NCBI RefSeq assembly: GCF_018350175.1
Contig: NC_058371.1
Span: forward strand, 190,588,001 to 190,652,000
DNA: 64,000 nucleotides
DNA from: Felis catus
Taxonomy: Eukaryota
Direction of reading: 5' to 3'
In this document: positions 1 to 11,199 of the stretch, piece by piece
How positions within the stretch are numbered: the first letter of the stretch is position 1
Layout of the letters: every line of letters begins with the position of its first letter
Notes under the pieces: generated by a model
What the model was told of the DNA's origin: nothing
Databases searched by the model: none
Seen by the model: the letters and a program-made list of their open reading frames with translations, nothing else
Program-made: the position numbers and the translations under genes

Positions 1-351
1 TTTTTTCTAGTGAATCAGCAAAAGTTTTGATCATATAGACAAGATATTTTGATGCTAAGAAAATAGAGCTTAATAAAGTCTTTGAATTTCTAATGCTAGT
101 TCCTTGAATGATATGGCCATGAGGGTTTTGTTTATTTGGGATTTTTCTTTTTTTCAGGGACAGAGGGAGGGAGACAGAATTGGAAGCATATGTTCTGACT
201 GCATTTGTTTTACCAGCCTATGAGGAATATGCTATAGAAATATGAGTAGAAACCTAGATCAGCCCATAGAGGACTCAAATGGTAAGTTCTAGATAACTTT
301 AAGTTTTACTGGTAGGTCGAAATTTTCATTAGTCATGAGCTGCAAGTAGAA

Positions 352-524
352 AGAAGCATGGCATAGAGAACGGGACACAGACTTTGGAACTAGAGAACCT
401 GAGCCCCAAACTCTGCTACTTTGATGCCAGAAGTGTAACCCTTGTGAGTTACTAACGTCCTAAACCTTATGCTCCCTAACATTATCCTAAGGGCTTCTGA
501 AAGGATTGGAAACAAATCTAAAAG
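352..524 (+). mobile_element. MIR SINE, 5' part (interrupted by L1; resumes ~2664-2700)
   Basis: Degenerate MIR motifs 'cagactttggaactagagaacctgag...ccttgtgagttactaac...aagggcttctgaaaggatt'; 3' part 'gcatgtaaaagtgct' follows the L1 right TSD. Confidence 0.6.
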
Positions 525-1009
525 AATAGAGAATCAAAAGTAAACTACTGGGGCTACACCAAAATAAAAAGCATTTGCACAACGAAGGAAACCATCAACA
601 AAATGAAAAGACAACTTACTGAGCGGGAGAAAATGTATCAAATGATGTATCTGATAAGGGATTAATATCCAAAGTGCATGAGAATTTATATAACTCAGCA
701 CCAAAACAAACAAAACCAATCTGATTAAAAAATGGGCAGAAGATCTTAATAGACACTTCCCCAAAGACATACAGATGGCCAACAGACACATGAAAGGGTG
801 CTCAACATCACTCATCATCAGGGAAATGCAAATCATAACCACAATGAACTATCACCTTATACCTGTCATAATGGCTACCATCAAAACACAAGAAATACAA
901 GTGTTGGCAAGGATACGGAGAAAAAAGAACCCTCATGGGTTGTTGGTAGGAATGCTCACCCTACTCCTCAAAATGGGGCTTCCTCAAAAAATTAAAAGTA
1001 GAACTATCA

Positions 1010-1956
1010 TGGGAAAAGATATTTGCAAATGACATATCGGACAAAGGGCTAGTATCCAAAATCTATAAAGAACTCACCAAACTCCACACCCGAAAAACAA
1101 ATAATCCAGTGAAGAAATGGGCAGAAGACATGAACAGATACTTTTCCAAAAAAGACATCCAGATGGCAAACAGACACATGAAAAGATGCAATGTCCCTTA
1201 TCATCAGGGAAATACAAATCAAAGCCACACTGAGATACTACCTCACGCCAGTCAGAGTGGCTAAAATGANNNNNNNNNNNNNNNNNNNNNNNNNNNNNNN
1301 NNNNNNNNNNNNNNNNNNNNNNNNNNNNNNNNNNNNNNNNNNNNNNNNNNNNNNNNNNNNNNNNNNNNNNNNNNNNNNNNNNNNNNNNNNNNNNNNNNNN
1401 NNNNNNNNNNNNNNNNNNNNNNNNNNNNNNAGGAATTTACCCAAGGGATACAGGAGTGCTGATGCACAGGGGCAATCGTACCCCAGTGTTTATAGCAGCA
1501 CTTTCAACAATAGCCAAATTATGGAAAGAGCCTAAATGTCCATCAACTGATGAATGGATAAAGAAGATGTGGTTTATATATACAATGAAATACTACATGG
1601 CAATGAGAAAGAATGAAATCTGGCCATTTGCAGTAATGTGGATGGAACTGGAGAGTATTATGCTAAGTGAAGTAAGTCAGTCAGAGAAAGACAGATATCA
1701 TATGTTTTCACTCATATGTGGATCTTGAGAAACTTAACAGAAGAACATGGGGGAGGGGAAGGGGGAAAATAGTTATAAACAGAGAGGGAGGGAGGCAAAG
1801 TATAAGAGACTCTTAAATACAGAGAACAAACTGAGGGTAGATGGGGTGGGGGAGAGGGGAAAGTAGGTGATGGGAAGTGAGGAGGGCACTTGTTGGGATG
1901 AGCACTGGGTGTTGTATGGAAGCCAACCTGACAATAAATTGTATTAAAAAATAAAA
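1010..1956 (+). mobile_element. Younger felid-type L1 (L1_Fc-like), 5'-truncated, nested in the older L1
   Basis: Closely similar to the L1 at 9122-10064; G-rich 3'UTR, AATAAA, A-rich tail; 17-bp TSD taaaagtagaaYtatca at 993-1009 and 1957-1973. Confidence 0.92.
1456..1728 (+). pseudogene. L1 ORF2p C-terminal fragment (non-functional)
   Basis: Translation FIAALSTIAKLWKEPKCPSTDEWIKKMW...YHMFSLICGS is the typical L1 ORF2 C-terminus; element is 5'-truncated. Confidence 0.9.
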
Positions 1957-3384
1957 TAAAAGTAGAATTATCACATGATAATTCCACTATTGGGCATTTA
2001 CCCATAGGAAATGAAAACATGAATATAAAAAGATATATGAACCTGTTTACTGTACCATTATTTATAATAGCCAAGGTANNNNNNNNNNNNNNNNNNNNNN
2101 NNNNNNNNNNNNNNNNNNNNNNNNNNNNNNNNNNNNNNNNNNNNNNNNNNNNNNNNNNNNNNNNNNNNNNNNNNNNNNNNNNNNNNNNNNNNNNNNNNNN
2201 NNNNNNNNNNNNNAACAACATGGATGGACCTAGAAGGTATTATACTAAGTAAAGTAAGTCAGACTAAGAAGGGCAAATACCATAGGATTTCACTTAAGTG
2301 TGGAATCTAAGAAAGAAATGAATCTAAGAAAGAAATGGAATCTAAGAAAGAAGGGAAAAGCAGAAATAGACCCACAAATACAGAGAACAAACTGGGGGTC
2401 GCCAGAGGAGATGGGCAAAATGGATGGAGAGTGGGAGGTACAGATTCCCAGATACGGAAAGAATAAGTCACAGGGATGAAAGGTACAGCATGGCGAATAT
2501 AGCGAATGGTATTCTAATAGCGTTTATAGTGACAGATGGTAGCTACACTTGTGGGTACATCATAATTAATGTTGAATCACTATGCTGTATACCTGAAATT
2601 AAGGTACCACTGTGTATCAACTATACTTCAATAAAAACAATTCAATAAGATAATAGAGAATCACCTAGCATGTAAAAGTGCTGAATAATACTAGCTGGTA
2701 TAAAACTTGCCCATAATAAAAGAAAGTTCTATAATGGGGAGATGAATTTTGGCCCTGATTTTACCTAGAACCCCGATATAATAAAGGTGAAACATCAAAG
2801 CACAGACGTTGCCTTGGTCTATGTTTCTAGGGATGCTGTTCCCTGGAAATTTTTACTCTGGGCACAGGAAGCACCAGCAAATAACTGGATTCAACAACTG
2901 TGAGTTTCTTGTATTAAACATAACTGCTTGGATTTATTCTACTTGGCAGTACACAAAGCCTACAGAAGTAGTCACTAGGAAAAGGTGACCCCACATGATA
3001 GGATAACTGTTTACAACATGGTTACATGTTTCTGGTTTGAGTTCTCTATGTCTTTTGATGTGTGGTTCTGTGTCAGCCACTGATCACCCCTGTGACTCTC
3101 GCCCACAACCTCATGCCCCTGCTGTGAGTCCACGTGGGTACCAGAGCTGTGATAAAACAATCTGTGTGGAATCTCAACTCGTACGTCTGCAAATAATTAA
3201 TTTCAGTTTTAATTTTTAAAAAATCAGTTACATTTTAGATATTCAAACCAAGTGTGACCAGGAAATTGTTAACATATTACTACTTTGAACTGGAATTCAC
3301 TCCATTGCTGTGTAAATGCAGCAGCTATAAAAATGGCTTCCCCCTTGCAGGGTGCCTACTCTGTAGGAGATGCCCTACTTGATG

Positions 3385-3595
3385 CTCTCCTCATCTGACT
3401 TCCTCTAATCCTCCAAACAATCTTATGAGCTATGTGTTTTATCCCCAACTTGAAGATGAGGAAACTGGATTGCATACCTACGTAAATGAGATCTTTCAAA
3501 TCATACAGCCCATGAGAAACAGATCTGAGGTTTGAATTTGGATCCACATGACTGCAAAGCCCAGGCACCTTCTTGTCTAGAACAGCCTGCTTCAC
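3385..3595 (-). mobile_element. MIR SINE
   Basis: Antisense MIR core 'atccccaacttgaagatgaggaaactgg' and 'gaggtttgaatttggatc'. Confidence 0.75.
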
Positions 3596-3621
3596 AGCAA
3601 TCCCCATCATTACTGTGAGGA

Positions 3622-3835
3622 CTGTGTCTTAAGAGCATGGGCTCTGGAATCAGATGGCTTCGGATGGGATCCCAATTCTGCCACTAAATTCAACTGTATG
3701 GATTAATATTAATAATTAATTATCATTTCTGTAATAATATTATGAATATATTAATGCTAATAATTATTAGGTAACAATAATAATAAGGGTATCATGAGGC
3801 TTATACGAGTATATGGGTAAAGTAAGTTAAGAATG
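3622..3835 (+). mobile_element. MIR SINE with internal AT-rich low-complexity expansion (~3700-3785)
   Basis: 'ttaagagcatgggctctggaatcagat...tctgccact' MIR head. Confidence 0.65.
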
Positions 3836-3843
3836 GCTTGGAT

Positions 3844-4061
3844 GGGGCGCCTGGGTGGCGCAGTCGGTTAAGCGTCCGACTTCAGCCAGGTCACGATCTC
3901 GCGGTCCGTGAGTTCGAGCCCCGCGTCAGGCTCTGGGCTGATGGCTCAGAGCCTGGAGCCTGCTTCCGATTCTGTGTCTCCCTCTCTCTCTGCCCCTCCC
4001 CCGTTCATGCTCTGTCTCTCTCTGTCCCAAAAATAAATAAAAAACGTTGAAAAAAAAAAAA
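3844..4061 (+). mobile_element. Young Can-SINE (SINEC_Fc-like)
   Basis: ggggcgcctgggtgg head, A box 3856-3867, B box 3910-3920, CT tract, poly(A); perfect TSD aagaatggcttggat(gg) from 3829 and 4062; CpGs intact. Confidence 0.97.
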
Positions 4062-4949
4062 AAGAATGGCTTGGATGGAGGCAAAAATCTACCTAACGGC
4101 TATGTTATTTGTACTAAGACAAATGCTTGGACACTTCTTGCAACTCCATCAACCTTGTATCTATGGTCTTCCCAGTTCTCCTAACAGAGGACAGACATCC
4201 CTTTAGTTAGAAGAGCTGTAGCTACCTATACAGTCTTCTGCATTTTAATTATTCTTTGCTCATTTGCCCCTGACTTACACAGACAATTACAGTTTAAAAT
4301 GCAGATCACAGCAAGATTTCATTTGCATTTTAGAATATGATGTTAGACTCTATATTGCCTAGACGGTTCATTTGTTCTGTATGTAAATTGTATTTTATTC
4401 ATGAAAATTTGCACTGGACTCTACTTTGTGATATAAAGCCATTACACTTAACTGAAAGAAATCTTCCCATGAAACTGCTAATGAATCTCTTTTTCTTTCC
4501 TCTCTGGGTTGTAGTCAATTAGGAGCACAAAATAAGCCAAATCAGAACTAAAATATAGTACAACTTTATTACTATGCTATATCCCTCTCAGAACCTAGGA
4601 TATCAAACCAAAAGGACTCAGAGTTGTCCACCCAATGGCAAGAGGAAAAGTTGAAAGAGAACAGAAATATGCAAACTTTTATCCATACAGGAAAAATGAC
4701 TTTGCCCTGAACCATGGTGGTAGGTGTAGAAGAGACAGGAGGGAGGCACGATGACCTAACATGTCAAGTTTTCCCCAGTTTTTCAGGTCAAATGTCACTC
4801 TCCCTCAAAGAGGGGTCCCTGTGATTCAAACCCTGGATATTCTTTCTCTTTTTTCCACCTTGCCCTTACAACATACCACCAATGATGGCTCTTGATCACT
4901 CTTTTGTACTTGCTGTTGGTGTTTCCAGAAACACTTTGCTACCTGGTTC

Positions 4950-5475
4950 TTGACTCACTTCTTACTGTTCGTGTCTCAGGTCAAAGGTCACCACCTCGGA
5001 AAGACCTTCAACAATCACTCAAATATAAAAATTCTCTCTGGCACCTCTATTACATAATCTTGTTTTATTTTATTCATAGTATCTAAAATAATTTTTGTTT
5101 GTTTACTTGTTTATTGAATGGCTTATCCCACTGGATGGGGTGGATAAACATTTTCTATAAAGGGTTAGATAGTAAATATGTTAGGCTTTGAGGTCTATAG
5201 GATCTCTGCTCCAACTTCCCTACTCCGCCACTGTAGTGCAAGAGTCACAGGCAAACAGAAATGAATTAGCACAGCTGTGTTCCAATTAAACACTATTTTC
5301 AGAAACTAGCAACAGGCCACATTTGAATGGAGGCCATAGTTTGCTGACCTCTGTATTAGAACACTACCTCCAGGAAAACAGAACTTAACCTGTCTTGCTC
5401 ACTACTCTCTCCTCTTCACCTAGAACAGTATCTGGCATTTAGCAGATTTCAAAATAATACTGTTGTGTGGATAAA
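4950..5475 (+). mobile_element. L2 3' end, interrupted by MER58
   Basis: 'caaaggtcaccacctcggaaagacctt' and 'cctagaacagtatctggcatttagcag' L2 3' motifs. Confidence 0.7.
5137..5353. mobile_element. MER58A-like hAT-Charlie MITE
   Basis: 'aaacattttctataaagggttagatagtaaatatgttaggcttt' ... 'ggccatagtttgctgacctctg'. Confidence 0.8.
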
Positions 5476-5974
5476 CATTCACATGCTAAGGTCTGGCAAA
5501 AAAAAAAATCTCCTCATGAAAAACAAGGGGGGACATTTTCCCCTAAAAGGGTTAAACATAAAATCATATATTCTCTTCCTTCATATAGTAATTAATAAAT
5601 AACTTGGAGTTGAATTGATTTTTTTATTCGATCTACACAGAAAACTTCTGTTAGGTATCACTTACCAGAAAAATCATGGACTCAAAAGATTCTGTTTAAA
5701 AATTAATTTAATTTGAAAAGTAAGCCAAAGTGATTTAGGGCTTTTGAGAATAATCAAACTGGATGACTAAAGCAATTAGATGGTTTTATAGCCATTCTCG
5801 CTGGGACACAATTGCTTGGGAAAGGGAAGGATAATCAGGCTCAAAACCTGAATCCAGTCGCTGCTCTGTTATTAGTTTTCTGTGACTTCCAGGTCAGGCA
5901 TTTCAATCTCTGAGTCACAGTTTTCTAATCAGTAAAACTGTGGGATAACCTAGCAATTCTAAGAGCACACGTGT

Positions 5975-6165
5975 ATTCAGGGCCTACTATCCAAAAGGCA
6001 TGTAGAGTAGATTGACACATGGTATCTAAGAATAATGCTATGAAGGTAGAGATTCCATTTTACAGATGAGGAAACTGAGGACAAAGGGCTAAAGCAAATG
6101 AAAACTGGTAGAATGAAGATAATTATGTAGGTCTTGTGACTTCAGGTCCATAACCTTATCCCTAC
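5975..6165 (-). mobile_element. MIR SINE
   Basis: 'ccattttacagatgaggaaactgagg' MIR core. Confidence 0.75.
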
Positions 6166-6691
6166 ACTAGGCCTACTGATATCTAAGTCCCCAGTAAGGT
6201 CAAAAGAATCTATGAAGCTGTGGTAAACGAACTTCTAACATTTCAATGTTTTTCTTCAAATCTTTGAGGCCTCCCGTAAGATCATCTTACTGTGACTCTC
6301 TACAAAGTTTGGTGCTATGGCAACGACGAGCATAAAGTAAAATCTACTGCAATAAGGGGAAGTGTTACACAGCATGAGAATATAAAATCTTTATTCATGG
6401 CAACAAAATGCCCATTATGCTGTTGTTGAATGTTTTTAAGTTGATTTTCAAAGTTTTGGACCAGAGGAGACTGTTTGTATCTTGTGTGCATTTCACAGGT
6501 AAAGAAAAATGAAACCTGCAGAGAACTGATTTCCCCGGGCCTCTCAAATGAGTAGTCCCAGAACTGGAGCCATAGCTCTGATAGCCTGACGCCCAACTCA
6601 GTGTCCTTTCCAAAGCCCACAGGCAAAAAGCAGTAAGATGGAACGATGGGGAGATATCTACCATTCAATATGATGTTAGTAATAATAGTGC

Positions 6692-6694
6692 TGT

Positions 6695-6731
<37 letters not shown>

Positions 6732-6756
6732 GTGGTGTGTGTGTCGGTGTGTGTGT
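6692..6756. repeat. Imperfect (TG)n microsatellite
   Basis: Direct reading. Confidence 0.95.
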
Positions 6757-6799
6757 AGAGAATGAGGAGGTGGAAATTCAGGCTGAGACTGAAGTGGGT

Positions 6800-7010
6800 G
6801 CTGAGGACTATGCTAGGCATTTTACACAGATTATTCCAGCTCTATAATCATACTATAAGTAGGTATTATTGTCATTATCATCATTTTATAAATGAGGAAA
6901 CTGAGCCAAGAAATATTAAAGAATTTAGTCAAAGACAAATAATTTGTCATTGTGGAGAAGTAACTTAAACTCAGGCAATGAGATTCTGGAATCCATATTT
7001 TTAACACCTA
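6800..7010 (-). mobile_element. MIR SINE
   Basis: 'cattttataaatgaggaaactgagcc' core. Confidence 0.7.
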
Positions 7011-7204
7011 TGTGAAAATACTCCTAAAGGGGATGAGCCTGTCCCTTAGAAACCAATGCTATTGTCTGAGGTTCTCATTACTGGCTCTAATCAGTTTAGG
7101 GGTCACTGACTAATCTAGAAAAGCCTTCGATGTACAGAGACATACCAAGATGATGACAATTTTATTTTGTTTCCCAGACAGAGGTTATGAAAAAGTTCTA
7201 CAAC

Positions 7205-7480
7205 TTAGCTCTCCTCAGTGTGTGTTGTGATTAAATACATTTGGGAAGCACTGACTTAAACCAAACTAAACATGTTTTGTTGTTTTTGTTTGCTTATGGG
7301 AATTCTCACAAACCTAAATATTCTAAAGGCCTTGCAAATCTGGAAGTGTGGTTTTTGAATTTTTGGCCTCTAGAACTGTGAAAGATTTAGTACACAATAA
7401 CTCCTAAATTTATTTGTCCGTGGAGTACTTTCTCTCCACATTTAAAAAAATATCTCAACATCTGCCTGAATTAAAGTTCC
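7205..7480. mobile_element. Old hAT-Charlie DNA transposon remnant (MER103-like)
   Basis: 'aaatacatttgggaagcactgacttaaaccaaactaaaca'; a similar degenerate copy lies at ~34990-35190. Confidence 0.4.
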
Positions 7481-7754
7481 CTATTTATTTCATTGCAGAA
7501 GTCAGTATAGAAAGTTTGGAAAAGGAGGAGACATCCATATAACTCCCATCGTTTTATACAATCTGTAGATGGACACAGGACATGAAAGTTGGATAAGAGG
7601 AAAGAAAGATAAAGGAAAGGTTTGAAACAGAAGGTACAATTAGGAGATTACAGAACTGTGTTGAATGTTGAACCTGCATACCTTAGGCAAAGAAGACACA
7701 GGCACAGGCAGAGAAAGGGATGAGGAGGGCATCAGATAATCACAAAAGGCACAC

Positions 7755-7837
7755 CCAATGCCTACAGGTGGCTCTATTGGTTTTTAATGTAATTTATTGT
7801 GAACTTTTCCTAGGTGTGACGTCACATTCCAACCAAT
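7755..7837. promoter_or_regulatory. Candidate CRE + CCAAT motif cluster
   Basis: Palindrome tgtgacgtcaca 7815-7826 (full CRE TGACGTCA); CCAAT at 7755 and 7833, ATTGG at 7776. Confidence 0.35.
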
Positions 7838-7939
7838 AAATAAAAACAATTTTCTTCAACTGAGGATGCTTAGCATTACTGTAGCATCTGTCATACTGAT
7901 CTTGGAACAGGAAACTAAGGACAGAGCAAAGTATGTATT

Positions 7940-8397
7940 TGTTATAGGCTGAGTTGTGTCTTTCAAAAAGATATGTTCAAGTCCTAACTCCTAATGCTTA
8001 TGAATGTAACCTTATTTGCAAATGGATCTTTGAAGATATGATCAGGTTAACATGAGAGCATACTAGGTTAGGATGGGTTCTGATCCAATATGACTGGTGT
8101 CCCTTTAAGAAGACAGAATATTGGACACAGAGACACGCTGGGAGAAAGTCATGTGATGATGGAAGCAGAGACTGGAGTGAGGAGCTGATGAGCCAAGGAA
8201 GCCCCAAGGATTGCCAGCAACCAGCAGAAGCTCAGAAGCAGCGAGGAAGGCTCCTTCCCTAGAGCCTTCAGAGACAGCACAGCTCTGACAACTCCTTGAC
8301 TTGGGAGTTTTGACCTCTAGAACTATCAGAGATGAATTTTTGTTTTAAGCCGTCAAGTTAGTGGTACTTTATTTCAGAAGCCCTAGAAACTAAAACA
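7940..8397 (+). mobile_element. MaLR solo LTR (MLT1C-like), near full length
   Basis: tgttataggctgagttgtgtc ... 'gaatgtaaccttatttg' ... 'agccctagaaactaaaaca'. Confidence 0.88.
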
Positions 8398-8758
8398 GCC
8401 TTGATTTTAATCTAGGCATAAGGCAGATCATAATTCTCAAGCAGCACTACAAATGGCCGTGTATGGACTAGTGCTTTGCCTCTTGTGAATAAGATTGCAA
8501 TGCCGAGACAATAAAATTATATTCTCTGCACAGGTAGTGAAGCAGGCTGAAAAGTGAATAAATAGCACAGCAGGTACGAAGACAATTTAGTCTCTTCAAA
8601 GGCACTGCCAGTTTCTAGTGCTTAAAAGCTTACTATGGACACACAACACAAGGTAAGAATCAGCAAGAGAATGTCAAGTACAACCATATGCCCAAAACAT
8701 TCTGAAGCAACAGTGAACAACAGAAGTCAATAAGAATTAAGTGCTATGAAATGTGGCT

Positions 8759-10130
8759 CTCTCAACTAATCTTTGACAAATCAAAAAGAATATCCAATGG
8801 AAAAAAGTCTCTTTAACAAATGGTGCTAGGAGAACTGGACAGCAACATGCAGAAGGATGAAACTAGACCACTTTCTTACACCATTCACAAAAACAAACTC
8901 AAAATGGATAAAGGACCTGAATGTGAGACAGGAAACCATCAAAACCCTAGAGAAGAAAGCAGGGAAAAACCTCTCTGACCTCAGCCGCAGCAACTTCTTA
9001 CTTGACACATCTCCAAAGGCAAGGGAATTAAGAGCAAAAATGAACTACTGGGACTTCATGAAGATAAAAACTTCTGCACTGCAAAGGAAACAATCAACAA
9101 AACTAAAAGGCAACCGACGGAATGGGAAAAGATATTTGCAAATGACGTATCAGACAAAGGGCTAGTATCCAAAATCTATAGAGCTCACCAAACTCCACAC
9201 CCGAAAAACAAATAATCCAGTGAAGAAATNNNNNNNNNNNNNNNNNNNNNNNNNNNNNNNNNNNNNNNNNNNNNNNNNNNNNNNNNNNNNNNNNNNNNNN
9301 NNNNNNNNNNNNNNNNNNNNNNNNNNNNNNNNNNNNNNNNNNNNNNNNNNNNNNNNNNNNNNNNNNNNNNNNNNNNNNNNNNNCAAAACAGGAGACTATA
9401 GATGCTGGCGAGGATGTGGAGAAACGGGAACCCTCTTGCACTGTTGGTGGGAATGCAAACTGGTGCAGCCGCTCTGGAAAACAGTGTGGAGGTTCCTCAA
9501 CAAACTAAAAATAGATCTACCCTATGACCCAGCAGTAGCACTGCTAAGAATTTACCCAAGGGATACAGGAGAGCTGATGCATAGGAGCACTTGTACCCCA
9601 ATGTTTATAGCAGCACTTTCAACAATAGCCAAATTATGGAAAGAGCCTAAATGTCCATCAACTGACGAATGGATAAAGAAATTGTGGTTTATATACACAA
9701 TGGAATACTACGTGGCAATGAGAAAGAATGAAATATGGCCTTTTGTAGCAAAGTGGATGGAATTGAGAGTGTTATGCTAAGTGAAATAAGTCATACAGAG
9801 AAGGACAGATTCCATATGTTTTCACTCCCGTGTGGATCCTGAGAAACTTAACAGAAGACCATGGGGGACTGGAAGGAAAAAAAAAAAAAAGGTTAGAGAC
9901 AGAGGGAGCCAAAACATAAGAGACTCCTAAAAACTGAGAACAAACTGAGGATTTATGGGGGGTGGGAGGGAGGGGTGGGTGGGTGATGGGTATTGAGGAG
10001 GGCACCTGTTGGGATGAGCACTGGGTGTTGTATGGAAACCAATTTGACAATAAATTTCATATTAGAAGAAGAAGAAGAAGAAGAAGAAGAAGAAGAAGAA
10101 GAAGAAGAAGAAGAAGAAGAAGAAGAAGAA
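8759..10130 (+). mobile_element. Felid-type L1, 5'-truncated, with (GAA)n tail
   Basis: ORF2 fragments MKLDHFLTPFTK... and [19 protein letters not shown]...; frameshifts; 3'UTR; TSD gaaatgtggct at 8748-8758 and 10131-10141. Confidence 0.95.
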
Positions 10131-10133
10131 GAA
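10065..10133 (+). repeat. Perfect (GAA)23 microsatellite
   Basis: Direct reading. Confidence 0.97.
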
Positions 10134-10311
10134 ATGTGGCTAAGACCTGCAAAGTCCATGGCAGAAGAGAGATCAGTGACCAATGGCGTTGCCGTGGAAA
10201 AAATATAAAGTATGGGGTTGAGAGTAGTGAGGTTGTTGACCTGATCTTGCAGAGAGTACCTAAGGGTAACTAACAGGTGATATTAACATTTTCATTGTTT
10301 TAACTTAGTTA

Positions 10312-10720
10312 CTGTAGGTAGGACTTCCTGGAAAACAGATACCGATACTAAAATTTGGATGAATGAGAGGTACTGGTGAATACTCTAGAGAACAGCATGT
10401 AGGAGGGTGAGAGATTCAAGGCTAGGCTGAGGAAGAAATTTAACTGCCATGAAGTTGAACTAGGATAGCCTTTAGTATATCCTCCCTTGAGAAAAAGGAA
10501 CGGGGGCCTTTCGACTCCTGCCTCAGTCAACCAGGTATTAAATGTGGGCCCCCAAAGGCAGAGCGACGTACCCTGAGGAAAGGCACAATCTTTTTGACTG
10601 ACAGCAATTACCAAAGAGGTGTCAGCTGAGAGCCAATGGGCACCACCACTCCAAGCAGCTGAGAGTGAGTACCTCAATCTAGCAGGCAACATTTGGATGA
10701 AGCCTTTTTCTCTTTCCACA
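10312..10720. mobile_element. ERVL LTR16-like solo LTR
   Basis: tgtaggtagg...cctggaaaacagata ... 'aggctaggctgaggaagaaatttaactgccatg' ... tccaca; TG...CA termini. Confidence 0.6.
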
Positions 10721-10930
10721 AGGAGACTGGGCCTCCTTACAGGACGTTACAGGCAATAAAAGAATATATATAATTACAAATAAATTAGAAATAATTCACA
10801 TATTAGAAATACATAATTAGATTTAAATCTATAGAGGAGTCGATGTACTTCTTGGCTTTTAGAGGATTAATCACTAAATAACATTTCCTCCAGGCAAAAA
10901 TTTCCATGGGAACAGGCTCCTGAACCTTTT

Positions 10931-11199
10931 TATTATTTTTGTTTGTTTGTTTGTTTGTTTATTTATTTTGAGAGAGAGACAGCCAGCTGGGGAGGGGAAG
11001 AGAGAGAGGGAGAGAGAGAGGGACAGAGAGAGGGTGGGGGAGAGAGACAGAGACAGAGACAGAGAGAGAGAATCCCAAGCAGGCTCCACATTGACAGCAC
11101 AGAATCCGATGCAGGGCTCGAACCCACAAACTGTGAGACCATGACCTGAGCTGAAACCAAGAGTAAGAGGCTTAAATGACTGAGCCACCCAGGCGCCCC
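10931..11199 (-). mobile_element. Can-SINE
   Basis: Ends 'tgagccacccaggcgcccc'; GA-rich tract; TSD ctcctgaacctttt 10917-10930 / 11200-11213. Confidence 0.95.

Larger units (their letters stand above)
537..2651 (+). mobile_element. Older carnivore-type L1, 5'-truncated (ORF2 3' end + 3'UTR), split by a younger L1
   Basis: ORF2-like peptide [20 protein letters not shown] (775-); 3'UTR ending 'gtatcaactatacttcaataaaaa'; TSD aatagagaatca at 525-536 and 2652-2663. Confidence 0.9.

Noticed and set aside
8759-10130. Active L1
   Set aside because: 5'-truncated (~1.4 kb), lacks promoter, ORF1, endonuclease and RT, and is frameshifted.
9953-10273. Poly-Glu, poly-Arg and poly-Ser ORFs
   Set aside because: They are translations of the (GAA)23 L1 tail.
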